Source: Chitinophaga pinensis (GTDB taxonomy: Bacteria; Bacteroidota; Bacteroidia; SXHM01). From it: 53,738 nt of DNA. Under the pieces are notes generated by a model, which ran no database searches, was not told where the DNA came from, and worked only from the letters and a program-made list of their open reading frames with translations. Shown here piece after piece: positions 1 to 8,520 of the stretch. Made by a program: the position numbers and the translations under genes. How positions within the stretch are numbered: position 1 is the stretch's first letter; the number at the start of each line of letters is the position of its first letter. Where the stretch lies: positions 1 through 53,738 of the forward strand of contig CAMAVO010000001.1 of the NCBI GenBank assembly GCA_945861685.1, given 5' to 3'.

Positions 1-511
1 CTTTTCCTTTTTTACTGTCTGATAATGGCTCTTGCTGAGCCTTTAAATCCTTAGGAAACCGATAATATGTATCCGTTACGTTGAAAGTTTTTTTTGTATA
101 TTTTGATTTTGGAGGTATAAAGGTTATTTTTTCAAGTTTAACAGTTACAGATTCTGCTGATGTTGCTGAAGCTCCAGCACCCCATCCGTATCTTCCTCTG
201 TAGGAATATCCAGCCGTCAACGCTTCTGTTTTAGTGTTTTCAACATCTATCCAATAATCATATTTCGTTCCATTCAGGATAAATGATGAGTTTTTCCAAT
301 TAATGTAAATAGGGCTATTGCTATTGTTAAGGATAGCAAATCTCATTACTCCATAATTAGACCAAAAGTCGTATGTTATTTTAACACTGTCCTTTTCATA
401 TGAATAAACATTGTCAACTATCTCGCAGCTTGTGCTTTTTGTGCTCATAATCTGAATAGTGGCACACCCTGTAAGAAGTAGAATTATTAAAATAAAGAGT
501 AGATTTTTCAA
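1..511 (-). CDS. Putative lipoprotein of unknown function, partial (C-terminus lies beyond window start)
   Basis: The minus-strand frame is open from TTG at 509-511 to position 1. The N-terminus MKNLLFILIILLLTGCATIQ is a signal peptide plus lipobox. A TACATTTG -7-type box lies at 536-543 (minus). Not in the ORF track because it is open-ended. Confidence 0.5.
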   Translation of the reverse strand, partial: MKNLLFILIILLLTGCATIQIMSTKSTSCEIVDNVYSYEKDSVKITYDFWSNYGVMRFAILNNSNSPIYINWKNSSFILNGTKYDYWIDVENTKTEALTAGYSYRGRYGWGAGASATSAESVTVKLEKITFIPPKSKYTKKTFNVTDTYYRFPKDLKAQQEPLSDSKKGK

Positions 512-578
512 ATTGTATTTTTTTAAGAGCAATCACAAATGTAAAAAAAAGTTATTTAAAATTTTTGGAAAAGTTGCG

Positions 579-1313
579 CTAAATAACTGCTGCTTTTTTA
601 TCAATAAACTCAAACCCAAAAACCTCCGCCAGATATTTTTTCATCCTTTCTTTGGCTTCTTCCATATCTATTTTTCTTCCCAATTCTTTTTGTAAAGAGG
701 TAACGCTTTTATCTGGTATAGCGCAGGGAACTATATTGCTGAAATAACTTAAATCAGTATTTACATTCAGTGCAAAACCGTGCATGGTAACCCAGCGGCT
801 TGTATGCACACCAATAGCAAGAATTTTTCGTGCCTTGCCTTTTTTGTAATAATCAAGCCATACACCGGTTTGTCCTTCATCACCGGGAGCGGCATTGTCA
901 ATACCGTATTCGTGCAAAGTTTTTATGGCAGCTTTTTCAATAAGGCGCAGAAAAAGATGGATATCGGAAGTAAAATTGTCTAAATCAAAAATAGGATAGC
1001 CAACTAATTGTCCGGGCCCGTGGTAAGTAATATCACCTCCGCGATTTACGTGATAAAATTCTGCGTGTTTTTCTTCCAACTCCTCATCGTTTAAAAGCAG
1101 GTTGGTTTCGTCACCGCTTTTGCCGAGTGTGTAAACATGCGGATGTTCACAGAAGATTAAATGATTTACCGTAGGAACTTGTTCTTCGGGTGGTAAGTCA
1201 CGGTTCTTAAGTTTGCGCGCAATAGTATCGTTAAAAAGAGCTTTCTGAATATCCCAGCACTCCTGGTAATCAATCAAGCCAAGATCGTGGAAGAAAACTT
1301 TTTTGTTTTGCAT
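579..1313 (-). CDS. lipB: Octanoyltransferase LipB
   Basis: Motifs HVYTLGK, RGGDITYHGPGQLVGYP and KILAIGV are typical of LipB. Start trimmed to MQNKKVFF (ATG 1311-1313); the 10 upstream codons read through a repeat element. Confidence 0.9.
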   Translation of the reverse strand: MQNKKVFFHDLGLIDYQECWDIQKALFNDTIARKLKNRDLPPEEQVPTVNHLIFCEHPHVYTLGKSGDETNLLLNDEELEEKHAEFYHVNRGGDITYHGPGQLVGYPIFDLDNFTSDIHLFLRLIEKAAIKTLHEYGIDNAAPGDEGQTGVWLDYYKKGKARKILAIGVHTSRWVTMHGFALNVNTDLSYFSNIVPCAIPDKSVTSLQKELGRKIDMEEAKERMKKYLAEVFGFEFIDKKAAVI

Positions 1314-1352
1314 TTTTTTACCACTAAGGGCACTAAGAAGCACTAAGAAAAA
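1314..1352. repeat. Word-type intergenic repeat (TTTTTTACC + 3 x CACTAAG 9-mers)
   Basis: ttttttaccactaagggcactaagaagcactaagaaaaa. The same head and words recur at 9891, 20044 and 20850 (reverse). Confidence 0.8.
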
Positions 1353-1372
1353 TTAAAAGAAATATTTATTTA

Positions 1373-2356
1373 TTAAATCTTAGACAACGCCCCCTTTAGT
1401 CTGTCAATCACATTTACTTCGGTTGCATCTACTTTGCGTAATTGCGCCATGTAAAGTGAAATCCAATCGCCAAGATGAATGAGATAAATGGAATTCTCCA
1501 ATTTTGATTTGCCTTTTGAAAATAATTCAATGATGGTTGAAGTACAGCCGGCAATTACCTCTTTGTTGTTTTCGATGCGGCTTTGTGTGCGTGAATAATC
1601 GCTTTCATTGCGGAAAATAACTACCCCAAGTCTTTTGTTTTTATCAACCCATCCCACCAATTCATTGTGATTCATTTCCGGAATAACATGATGCCAGCAA
1701 AGCATTTTTGCATTTTCATTTACCTGCTGACGGAAACGAATAGAAACACCTTCAAACCCTGTTGCACTGTAAATAACCGGAGTTTTTTTGTAAAGTTTTT
1801 TAGCAACCCGCAGTGCAAGTTTTTGAATTCTAGTGTCTTCTTTTTTTAGTAAAGCAACAGATTTTTCCAATTCTTTCTCAAAGCGATTAGAGATAATTCC
1901 TGCATAATTCAATACAAATAAAAGCTGTGTAAGCGAGTAGCCAAGACAAGAGCGCGGAGGCATTCCTCCCGGAACAATAATATGTTGTAAGTTTTTTTCT
2001 TTAGCAATTTCAATCACTTTTCCACCGGAAGAGATACAAGCAACAGTTGCTTTTTTCTCTAATGCTTGGCGCATTGCATTCAATGTTTCTTCGGTGTTTC
2101 CTGAGTAAGAAGAAATAACTACCAGTGTGTTTTCATTTACAAATGCCGGAAGAAAATAATCTTTATTTATAATGATTGGAGTCGTTGCTTCTTCACTTAC
2201 AACTTCCGCTGCAATAGTTCCGCCAATGCCAGAACCACCCAAACCAGAAACAACAACGTTGTGGAAAACCTTGCCGTTAAAATTAAGTTTAGTTGCTCTG
2301 CCAATTTCAATGGCTTCTTCAAGTTGTTTAGGGAAATTCGCAATCAGTTGTTCCAT
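1373..2356 (-). CDS. SIS-domain bifunctional phosphoglucose/phosphomannose isomerase family protein
   Basis: 327 aa. Has a VVVSGLGGSGIGG SIS nucleotide-sugar loop, SYSGNTEET, and a C-terminal IPEMNHNELVGW motif of the PGI/PMI family. Confidence 0.75.
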   Translation of the reverse strand: MEQLIANFPKQLEEAIEIGRATKLNFNGKVFHNVVVSGLGGSGIGGTIAAEVVSEEATTPIIINKDYFLPAFVNENTLVVISSYSGNTEETLNAMRQALEKKATVACISSGGKVIEIAKEKNLQHIIVPGGMPPRSCLGYSLTQLLFVLNYAGIISNRFEKELEKSVALLKKEDTRIQKLALRVAKKLYKKTPVIYSATGFEGVSIRFRQQVNENAKMLCWHHVIPEMNHNELVGWVDKNKRLGVVIFRNESDYSRTQSRIENNKEVIAGCTSTIIELFSKGKSKLENSIYLIHLGDWISLYMAQLRKVDATEVNVIDRLKGALSKI

Positions 2357-2378
2357 GTAATTTTTTTAAAAAGGGAAA

Positions 2379-2386
2379 CAAAAATA
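2379..2386 (-). promoter_or_regulatory. Bacteroidota -7 box (TATTTTTG)
   Basis: Reverse complement of caaaaata matches TAnnTTTG, about 20 nt upstream of the SIS gene start. Confidence 0.35.
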
Positions 2387-2402
2387 GAAATTAATGAGGG
2401 AT

Positions 2403-3116
2403 TTAACCCATTACCTCTTCCAGCACTTTGTGCGAGCGCACTTCGCTCATGCCTTGCAGGTGCATACGGTAATAGTTCATCAGCGTGGAAAGCAATTCTT
2501 TACGCTGTGTTTTATTGATGTTAAGCGTTGCCTGTTCGTGAATGTCATTGTTCATCAACAGCGAGAAAAATCGGGCCGTTTCCCCTGCAATAAAATTAGC
2601 ATGAATAGGTTTTCCGCTGAAAAAAATTCCTTCTTCCAGATCAAAAATGTTTTCGTTTTCTGAATAATAGTTTCCCGGAAAAATACCGAGATACCGGGAT
2701 AGTTGCACCAAAAAAACGAGATGAAAATTGGAACAATTATTTTGTTCTTCGTCTAACACTAAAATGCTTGAGTGTAGAAATTCAAACAGTGGAGGATTGC
2801 TTTCTTCTTCTTTTACTGAGCGGTAAAGCACCTCTGCCATAAACATTGCGAGCGAACATTTTGATGTGTTATAAGGAATGTCAGAAAAAGGTGGAGAGCA
2901 CTGCGCTTCTTTTATGCGCTGCAGGCTTTTGTTGGCTTTGTGTTCAATTGTTATTGCCAGACAGGTAAGCGGTTGCAACAGCGCGCTCTTTTTGTTTTTA
3001 CCGGTGTGTATGAGATAGCCTTGTAACCCAAACAGCTCGGTGTAAATGTTGGCAATTACCGCTTTGTCGTTGTAGCGGATGGTGCGTAACACGATGCCCC
3101 GTGTTGTGTGCAACAT
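2403..3116 (-). CDS. recO: DNA repair protein RecO
   Basis: 237 aa. The N-terminal OB-fold pattern MLHTTRGIVLRTIRYNDKAVIANIYT and overall length are typical of RecO. Confidence 0.8.
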   Translation of the reverse strand: MLHTTRGIVLRTIRYNDKAVIANIYTELFGLQGYLIHTGKNKKSALLQPLTCLAITIEHKANKSLQRIKEAQCSPPFSDIPYNTSKCSLAMFMAEVLYRSVKEEESNPPLFEFLHSSILVLDEEQNNCSNFHLVFLVQLSRYLGIFPGNYYSENENIFDLEEGIFFSGKPIHANFIAGETARFFSLLMNNDIHEQATLNINKTQRKELLSTLMNYYRMHLQGMSEVRSHKVLEEVMG

Positions 3117-5455
3117 CAGTTTACGATAAGGATTTTGGTTACGTGTGTTTGCGAACCATCTTCGTTGGATGCAAACACCAGATAAACACCGGCTGCCGCT
3201 TTTTCACCGTCAAAACCTTTTCCGTTCCATACGGCTTGTCCGCCTTGGGCTTTGGTTGCATACATGAGCTTTCCGCTGATGTCGGTGATTTTTACATCTG
3301 CATCTTTTACCAGGCCTTTTATTGCAATGGGTCCATCGTAATCGTGGTGCACAGGATTTGGATACGCATATACATCGTTAAAAATTTCACCGCCTTCAGT
3401 GGCTGTTCCTTTGTAAGAAACAATTCCTTTTTGTGTACCGATAAATACTTCGCCTGTTACATCATCAATAGCAAGACTAATGATGTTATTTGAAAAAAGC
3501 GGACTATTTTCTTCCGTGAAGTGAAGTAGTTCCTGGGTGCCGTCAGGCGACATGAGAAACACTCCGGCATTTTGAGTTCCAATCCATTTGCGGTTGCCGC
3601 CATCTACTGCTATGGCACTAACAATTTCGGTTTCAAAAAGGTATTGTGCGTAGCCGTCTTGTTCTATTAAAATCTGTTGTGCATCAAAGTTGCCGTTGCC
3701 GGAAAAAATTTCACCGGGTGAATAAAAAACCGCAATTCCTTTATCAGTTCCTACCCATACTTCTCCATCTAAATCTTCGGCAATGCTGTAGATGTAATTG
3801 CTGGGCAGTCCGCCATTGTTGGCTGCGGTGTTCATGCGTTTGTAGTTATCGTCTGAGGTGGTGCCGATAGTGTAGTTATCGTTAAATACTAACAGCCCGT
3901 TTCCATACGGCAGCATGAGCCATTTCTGGTTGTATGAGTCGATGATGAGGTCGCCCACAAGGTTTTGATTAAAAGCATTTCCGGGATTATAGTTTTGCCA
4001 GTTTCCGTCTGTTTTAAAAACTGAAATTGGTTTGGTAACATTTGAATTTCCTACCCAAAGATTTCCGTCTAAATCAAAATCAAGTCCGCCAATTCTTATC
4101 CAGTTAATACCGGAAAGAGGCAGCAGCGAAGAATTTCCGGTGGTGTCGTGTATGGCGGTTTGTGTGTTGTTGTTTATTTCAACCACGCCATTGAGCCAGG
4201 AACCTGCAAATACACGTGAAGAATTATTAGGGTCAACTGCAACGCGGATAATGTCAACCACATTGTTTCCGTTATCGTCTTTCGGGTAAATAGTGTTCCA
4301 GTTGTTATTGATGTAAGAAGCAACACCTTCTGATTTAAATAGCGGACCCCAGGATATATTTACTCCACCCGAAGCTACCCAGAGATTACTGTTTTCAACC
4401 GACATATCAAAGGCTGTTGCAAAGCGCGGACCGTTGGGGTGTGTGTTTGAAAAATTCCAGATATCGGTGTTGTGAACCAGGCCTTGATTACCATCTGCAA
4501 TCCATACATCGTTTATGCTTCTGGCAAATGCTTCGGAAGGTCTTGGTCCGGAATTACCAAAACCAAAATATTCATAAATTACCAACACGTTGGTGCCGCT
4601 GGCATCATACACGGTGAGGTTATAATTGCGGCAAACGGTCATGTTGTTATAACGCGAGGTTATGCTTTTTATATCGGGATGGCCAACGGTATCAAAGTAG
4701 TTCCAGTTGCTGCCATCGTAAACATACAGGGTGTCGTTGTCGTTTCCGGTTACCTGAATATTGGTGTAAATTTTACCGGCATGAAATTCTATTGCACTGT
4801 AAAGAGATACATCCTGAACTGTTGGTGGAAGGTTGTTATATTTTGACCAGAAATTATAATTTGCAAGGTTGGATGCATTTACATCGGCATGATAAATTCC
4901 ACCCGTTGTTGATGCATAAAATTCGTTTCCATCGCTGGTAAAATCGGTTACATTTATGTTGTCGCCATTAGGACCGATGTAGTAGGTGTCTTTGATTTCT
5001 TTCTTGATTAAATCCACCACTACAATTCCAAAACCGCAGGCTAAATAGGCGTAACTGTCTTTGAAAAATATTTTGTTGATGATTTTATTTCCCGGAATAA
5101 TTTTACGCTTGATGTCGGGAATGTTGATAATGCGGTTGTCCTGAATTAAATCAATGTTGGCATTGGTATAAGCAATCACCAACGTGTTGGTAAGACTGTC
5201 GTAATTAATGGTGCTGAAACCGATGTCGCTGAGGCCGGTGATTTTGCTGAGCTTATCAACAGTTGTTTCTGATTTGCTGTAGTAAAACAAACCTTCTTCT
5301 GAGGCGCAGTAAATGCGGTCGCCTGCTTCGGTTAAGGTTTTTGTGTTGGTGTAGGGTAAGTGGTCGCGCCATTGTCCAACGCCAACGCCTTGTGCAAACA
5401 CAAGTGAATTGATAAGCGAAAAAAACAATGTGATAAGGAGTTTGTTGTAGTGCAT
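3116..5455 (-). CDS. porZ: Two-component-regulator-propeller protein with T9SS C-terminal sorting domain, probable PorZ
   Basis: Has a signal peptide MHYNKLLITLFFSLINSLVFAQG. Repeated propeller blades (WVGT/WIGT/FIGT motifs) follow. The C-terminal ~80 aa (YAYPNPV...GVYLVFASN...KILIVN) look like a T9SS CTD. Size and recO adjacency fit PorZ. Start trimmed to ATG 5453-5455. Confidence 0.6.
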   Translation of the reverse strand: MHYNKLLITLFFSLINSLVFAQGVGVGQWRDHLPYTNTKTLTEAGDRIYCASEEGLFYYSKSETTVDKLSKITGLSDIGFSTINYDSLTNTLVIAYTNANIDLIQDNRIINIPDIKRKIIPGNKIINKIFFKDSYAYLACGFGIVVVDLIKKEIKDTYYIGPNGDNINVTDFTSDGNEFYASTTGGIYHADVNASNLANYNFWSKYNNLPPTVQDVSLYSAIEFHAGKIYTNIQVTGNDNDTLYVYDGSNWNYFDTVGHPDIKSITSRYNNMTVCRNYNLTVYDASGTNVLVIYEYFGFGNSGPRPSEAFARSINDVWIADGNQGLVHNTDIWNFSNTHPNGPRFATAFDMSVENSNLWVASGGVNISWGPLFKSEGVASYINNNWNTIYPKDDNGNNVVDIIRVAVDPNNSSRVFAGSWLNGVVEINNNTQTAIHDTTGNSSLLPLSGINWIRIGGLDFDLDGNLWVGNSNVTKPISVFKTDGNWQNYNPGNAFNQNLVGDLIIDSYNQKWLMLPYGNGLLVFNDNYTIGTTSDDNYKRMNTAANNGGLPSNYIYSIAEDLDGEVWVGTDKGIAVFYSPGEIFSGNGNFDAQQILIEQDGYAQYLFETEIVSAIAVDGGNRKWIGTQNAGVFLMSPDGTQELLHFTEENSPLFSNNIISLAIDDVTGEVFIGTQKGIVSYKGTATEGGEIFNDVYAYPNPVHHDYDGPIAIKGLVKDADVKITDISGKLMYATKAQGGQAVWNGKGFDGEKAAAGVYLVFASNEDGSQTHVTKILIVN

Positions 5456-5461
5456 GAGCGG

Positions 5462-5469
5462 CAAATTTA
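5462..5469 (-). promoter_or_regulatory. -7 box TAAATTTG, 6 nt upstream of the porZ-like ATG
   Basis: The reverse complement of caaattta matches TAnnTTTG exactly. Confidence 0.45.
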
Positions 5470-5525
5470 GGATTTTAGTTTAAGTATATTCGCTGCCCTC
5501 TAAACGGTGTTTTTAAATTATTATT

Positions 5526-6074
5526 GTGAAGGCTAAAAATTTTTCTCGTAAAGACGCAAAGGCGCAAAGTTTTGTTGTTGTCTGCTGCTTACTGTTTTTT
5601 GCTTCGTGCGGCAACCCAAAAGGTTTGTTGGAAGAAGGAACGATGCTTCCTGATTACACCGGATTTTCACCATTGGGTGATACGCTTACGCTTTCAACTT
5701 TTACCAGGGAGGAAAAAATTCTGCTCGTAAATTTTTGGGCGGCATGGTGTGGCGATTGTTTGAAACATAATCCCGAATTGGTTCACACGAATCTAAAGTA
5801 CAGCGGCAAAAAATTTGGTGGACATGATTTTGAAATGGTGAGCATTTCGCTTGATCAGGATACCGGACTTTGGAAGCGAAGAATTGTACAACAAAATCTG
5901 ATTTGGAAAAATCATATCACTGATTCGAAGGGCTGGGAATCGGCACAGCTAAAGCCTTTCAGCGTGCATGCAATACCATCAAACTATCTGGTTGACCACA
6001 CCGGGAAAATTATTGCGGTGGATGTGGAGGGTGATGATGTGGGGAAAATACTGGAGAAATATTACGGTGAATAA
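5526..6074 (+). CDS. TlpA/thioredoxin-like thiol:disulfide oxidoreductase lipoprotein
   Basis: FWAAWCGDC is a CxxC thioredoxin motif and FFASC is a lipobox. GTG is the only in-frame start. Codons 2-15 are built from GCAAAG-type repeat words. Confidence 0.75.
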   Translation: MKAKNFSRKDAKAQSFVVVCCLLFFASCGNPKGLLEEGTMLPDYTGFSPLGDTLTLSTFTREEKILLVNFWAAWCGDCLKHNPELVHTNLKYSGKKFGGHDFEMVSISLDQDTGLWKRRIVQQNLIWKNHITDSKGWESAQLKPFSVHAIPSNYLVDHTGKIIAVDVEGDDVGKILEKYYGE

Positions 6075-6085
6075 TTCAGGCAGTA

Positions 6086-6148
6086 CGTCACCCTGAATTT
6101 ATTTCAGGGTCTTGATACAGAGATGCTGAAACAGGTTCAGCATGACGG
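6086..6148. repeat. Double-hairpin intergenic element (CGTCACCCTGAA..TTCAGGGTC / ATGCTGAA..TTCAGCATGACG)
   Basis: Two adjacent stem-loops are bounded by CGTCA...TGACG. Near-identical copies lie at 51013-51073 and 52176-52252. It sits between convergent genes, so it probably also acts as a terminator. Confidence 0.85.
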
Positions 6149-6153
6149 AAAAA

Positions 6154-6735
6154 TTACTGTGTGCGGTAAACAATTCTAAAGCCTAAATCTTTCGACATCT
6201 GTCGATAGAGTTTATTCATCTCGCTTTCTATTTTGCGGATGTCTTGCCAAAACTGGCAGGTGTGGAAATAGAGAATATCTAGTGTAGTGCTTCGCAAAAA
6301 ATCGATGTCTTTGGTGTAGCCCGAAATAGCGAGTGCTCCTGTTTTATTTAAAAAATTGTTGAGCCTGCGTTTGTTAATTCCCAATGTTTGGCAGCATCCG
6401 AAGTGAATTATTTTTCCTGCTAATTTTCCCTCTAATCTTTCTGCAAGTTCTTCCAGGTTGATGTGTTTATTTCCTACCTGAATGCTGTTGGGTAATCCGT
6501 GAAAAGCGTAGTAGTAAATAATGTATTTGTTGTATTTTTTTTTGCTGTATTCTAAACTAACGTGTGCAATTTCTTCCAACGTTGCGCTGCGCTGGTAATA
6601 AAATTTTACGTCCATGTTCAGGTTCAGCAATTTAAGTGCGGGCTGAATGCTGTCGGTTTTGCGCATGTCTTTTTCCCAATGCCCTTCAATGCAAAAAATA
6701 TCCTTCTTGTAGCTTTTGGTAATTACGTTTGCCAT
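6154..6735 (-). CDS. Hypothetical protein with CHAT/caspase-like His...Cys signature
   Basis: 193 aa. A hydrophobic strand plus HG (YIIYYYAFHG) is followed about 35 aa later by a hydrophobic strand plus C-x-T (KIIHFGCCQTLG), as in clan CD/CHAT domains. Function is inferred only. Confidence 0.6.
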   Translation of the reverse strand: MANVITKSYKKDIFCIEGHWEKDMRKTDSIQPALKLLNLNMDVKFYYQRSATLEEIAHVSLEYSKKKYNKYIIYYYAFHGLPNSIQVGNKHINLEELAERLEGKLAGKIIHFGCCQTLGINKRRLNNFLNKTGALAISGYTKDIDFLRSTTLDILYFHTCQFWQDIRKIESEMNKLYRQMSKDLGFRIVYRTQ

Positions 6736-6818
6736 GGGTTGCTAAAAACAGTCTGCGAAAGTAGTAAAAACAGCGCTATAACCTAATAGTATTGCATATT
6801 CTTAACAAAAAGAATATT

Positions 6819-6865
6819 GCCACAGATTCACAGATTTTATGCTTCTTAATCTGTGAATCTGTGGC
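6819..6865. terminator. Word-type palindromic repeat (CACAGAT words) forming a long hairpin
   Basis: gccacagattcacagat-tttatgcttctta-atctgtgaatctgtggc has a perfect 17-bp stem. It lies just downstream of ORF 6882..7538. Confidence 0.7.
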
Positions 6866-6881
6866 AAAAACGCCCTAAAAC

Positions 6882-7538
6882 TCAAATCTCGAACATTTGC
6901 CAGCGGGCATAATCATTCCTGAATACGCTTTGGGCGGCATCGTTCACTTCCTTACATATAGCATAGAGGCGGTTAAATTTTTCCATGCGCTCACGGGTGT
7001 AGCGCAGGCGTTTGCGCTTAAAATATTCCTGATCTATTTCTTTGGTGGCTACGTTTTGGGCAGCGGCTTCAAGGTTGGTTAATACGGCAGCGGGCATGCT
7101 TACTGCCGCAAGGTCTGCGGCATAATCATCGGCCACTTTTTTCATCACCATTAGCCACGATATAAGGTTAAGTGTGCGCGCCCTCAATCCGCTGCGCTTG
7201 TTAAACGCAAATTCCTTTGCTATGCGCTTATTGCCCGGAAATGCCTTTTTTACATAGTATTCAAGGTCCTCGGCAGCCAGTAGGCCTGCTGTTTTTGCTT
7301 TTTCAAGGTCTTCGGTATATCCCGTTTGTTCGTCAACAATAAGCTCGTCAGTCTTTTCACTCGAGCAAATTTCTTTTTGCGCATGCCAGTTATTGGCATA
7401 GGTTAGGTTCAAATCGGGGTCAAATGCAGTAAAAGCTGCCATGTTTTCTACAAAAAGACTGTGCATGGTGCTGCTTTTTTCCATTAAAACAGCGTCTTCC
7501 ATCGCGTAATCACGGTAAACTTGTTGTTGTTCTGTCAT
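6882..7538 (-). CDS. Hypothetical helical protein (orphan family member 1)
   Basis: 218-aa ORF with no recognisable catalytic motif. Shares a by-eye motif (EKAK...KEFAFNKR) with ORFs 40329..41012 and 46763..47695. Preceded by a ~390-bp non-coding leader. Confidence 0.6.
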   Translation of the reverse strand: MTEQQQVYRDYAMEDAVLMEKSSTMHSLFVENMAAFTAFDPDLNLTYANNWHAQKEICSSEKTDELIVDEQTGYTEDLEKAKTAGLLAAEDLEYYVKKAFPGNKRIAKEFAFNKRSGLRARTLNLISWLMVMKKVADDYAADLAAVSMPAAVLTNLEAAAQNVATKEIDQEYFKRKRLRYTRERMEKFNRLYAICKEVNDAAQSVFRNDYARWQMFEI

Positions 7539-7825
7539 TTTTTAAAAAGATAATAATTTATTTACAAGTAGCTAAATTTTATTTGCAAATGTAAACAGTT
7601 TATAATTATATTATAATATTATTTTAGTTAGTTAATAAATTATTAATTTACTTTAAAATATTATTTTGTAAAATATTGTAAAGTAAAGTAGATTTAAAAT
7701 AACAATTAGATAAATTATTATAAAGTATACTTGAAATTTAAATACTTGTAAAAATAATAATATTACTTTGAATTAAAATATGTGCTTTTAATACAAAAAC
7801 AGTGTTTTTTGATTGAAAAGTGCTG
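7539..7825. other. Extremely AT-rich non-coding leader
   Basis: Almost no G/C for about 260 bp. Dense in TAAAATAT / GTAAA words. No ORF. Confidence 0.8.
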
Positions 7826-7910
7826 TTTTTTACCACATAGAAAACATAGTTTAGCACATAGTTTTAAAATCTATGTGGCTTCCTTATGTGAACTATGTGT
7901 CTATGTGGTG
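7826..7910. repeat. Word-type palindromic repeat (CACATAG words)
   Basis: tttttaccacatagaaaacatagtttagcacatag...ctatgtggcttccttatgtgaactatgtgtctatgtggtg: forward words followed by their reverse complements. Confidence 0.8.
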
Positions 7911-7947
7911 AGGGAAATGCCTTTTTAATACATTTGGAGTGAAAAAT

Positions 7948-8472
7948 ATGAGAATTCTACTCTTTATCTTTTTGATTTCTTTTTGTTCTTGTTCAAACAA
8001 GCCTAATGATGAGGAGAATCTAGTAATTCGCAAGAAAGAAAAAATTATTTGCGTTCAAAGAAAACTCAATGCGCTTATAAACAACACTTATCATGATACA
8101 ATTCTAGAGTTCAGAAGTAACATTTATCGTAGTGATCTTTTGATAACCTGTGATACAAACCAAATTGATTTTGAATTAGAAAAAATCCTTCTTGAAAGTA
8201 AATACATGCATCCCTACTATAGAGTTCCAGAATATAAAGGACTTAAGGGATATTTTGAATTTATGATTTGTATGAAAAACATGAATAACAGGAAAGAAAT
8301 TGGGCTTTTTACCTGTTCAGAAACAAAATCTACGGCTGTGGAAACAAAAAGATTCTTGATTGAACATAATAAAATAAAAGGGATTAATGTCTTTCCATTC
8401 GGAGGTAAAGATTTTATAACACCTGAAGAATATGACAAAATGGAGGATGTCTTTGGATGTGGAGTCGAATAA
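7948..8472 (+). CDS. Hypothetical lipoprotein, visibly low-GC gene
   Basis: MRILLFIFLISFCSCSNK is a signal peptide plus lipobox. Composition is much more AT-rich than the flanking genes. Confidence 0.55.
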   Translation: MRILLFIFLISFCSCSNKPNDEENLVIRKKEKIICVQRKLNALINNTYHDTILEFRSNIYRSDLLITCDTNQIDFELEKILLESKYMHPYYRVPEYKGLKGYFEFMICMKNMNNRKEIGLFTCSETKSTAVETKRFLIEHNKIKGINVFPFGGKDFITPEEYDKMEDVFGCGVE

Positions 8473-8520
8473 TTATAAGACATAGAATTCCTACTTTCGC
8501 CCCCTCAACAACTATAACCT

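Noticed and set aside
459-695. 78-aa plus-strand ORF
   Set aside because: Its sequence is low-complexity and Lys/Phe-rich. It overlaps the lipB 3' end and the lipoprotein promoter region, so it is most likely spurious.
1314-1343. N-terminal extensions in the ORF track (lipB MLLSALSGKK; also lepA, mnmG, ybeY, deoC, S46 and MBL)
   Set aside because: The extensions read through repeat elements or promoters. Conserved N-termini and adjacent TAnnTTTG boxes support the downstream starts used here.
3101-4846. Plus-strand ORFs 3101..3493, 3646..3870, 4032..4289, 4417..4617 and 4472..4846
   Set aside because: They are shadow ORFs antisense to the well-supported porZ-like gene. The same applies to antisense ORFs inside lepA, ALDH, mnmG, purB and ORF 36687..38891.
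7539-7910. Chromosomal origin (AT-rich DUE plus CCACA/TGTGG words, with mnmG 10 kb away)
   Set aside because: No TTATCCACA-type DnaA boxes are present. The CCACATAG words belong to the general repeat family. Two similar AT-rich leaders exist elsewhere in the window. A GC-skew calculation would be needed to revisit this.
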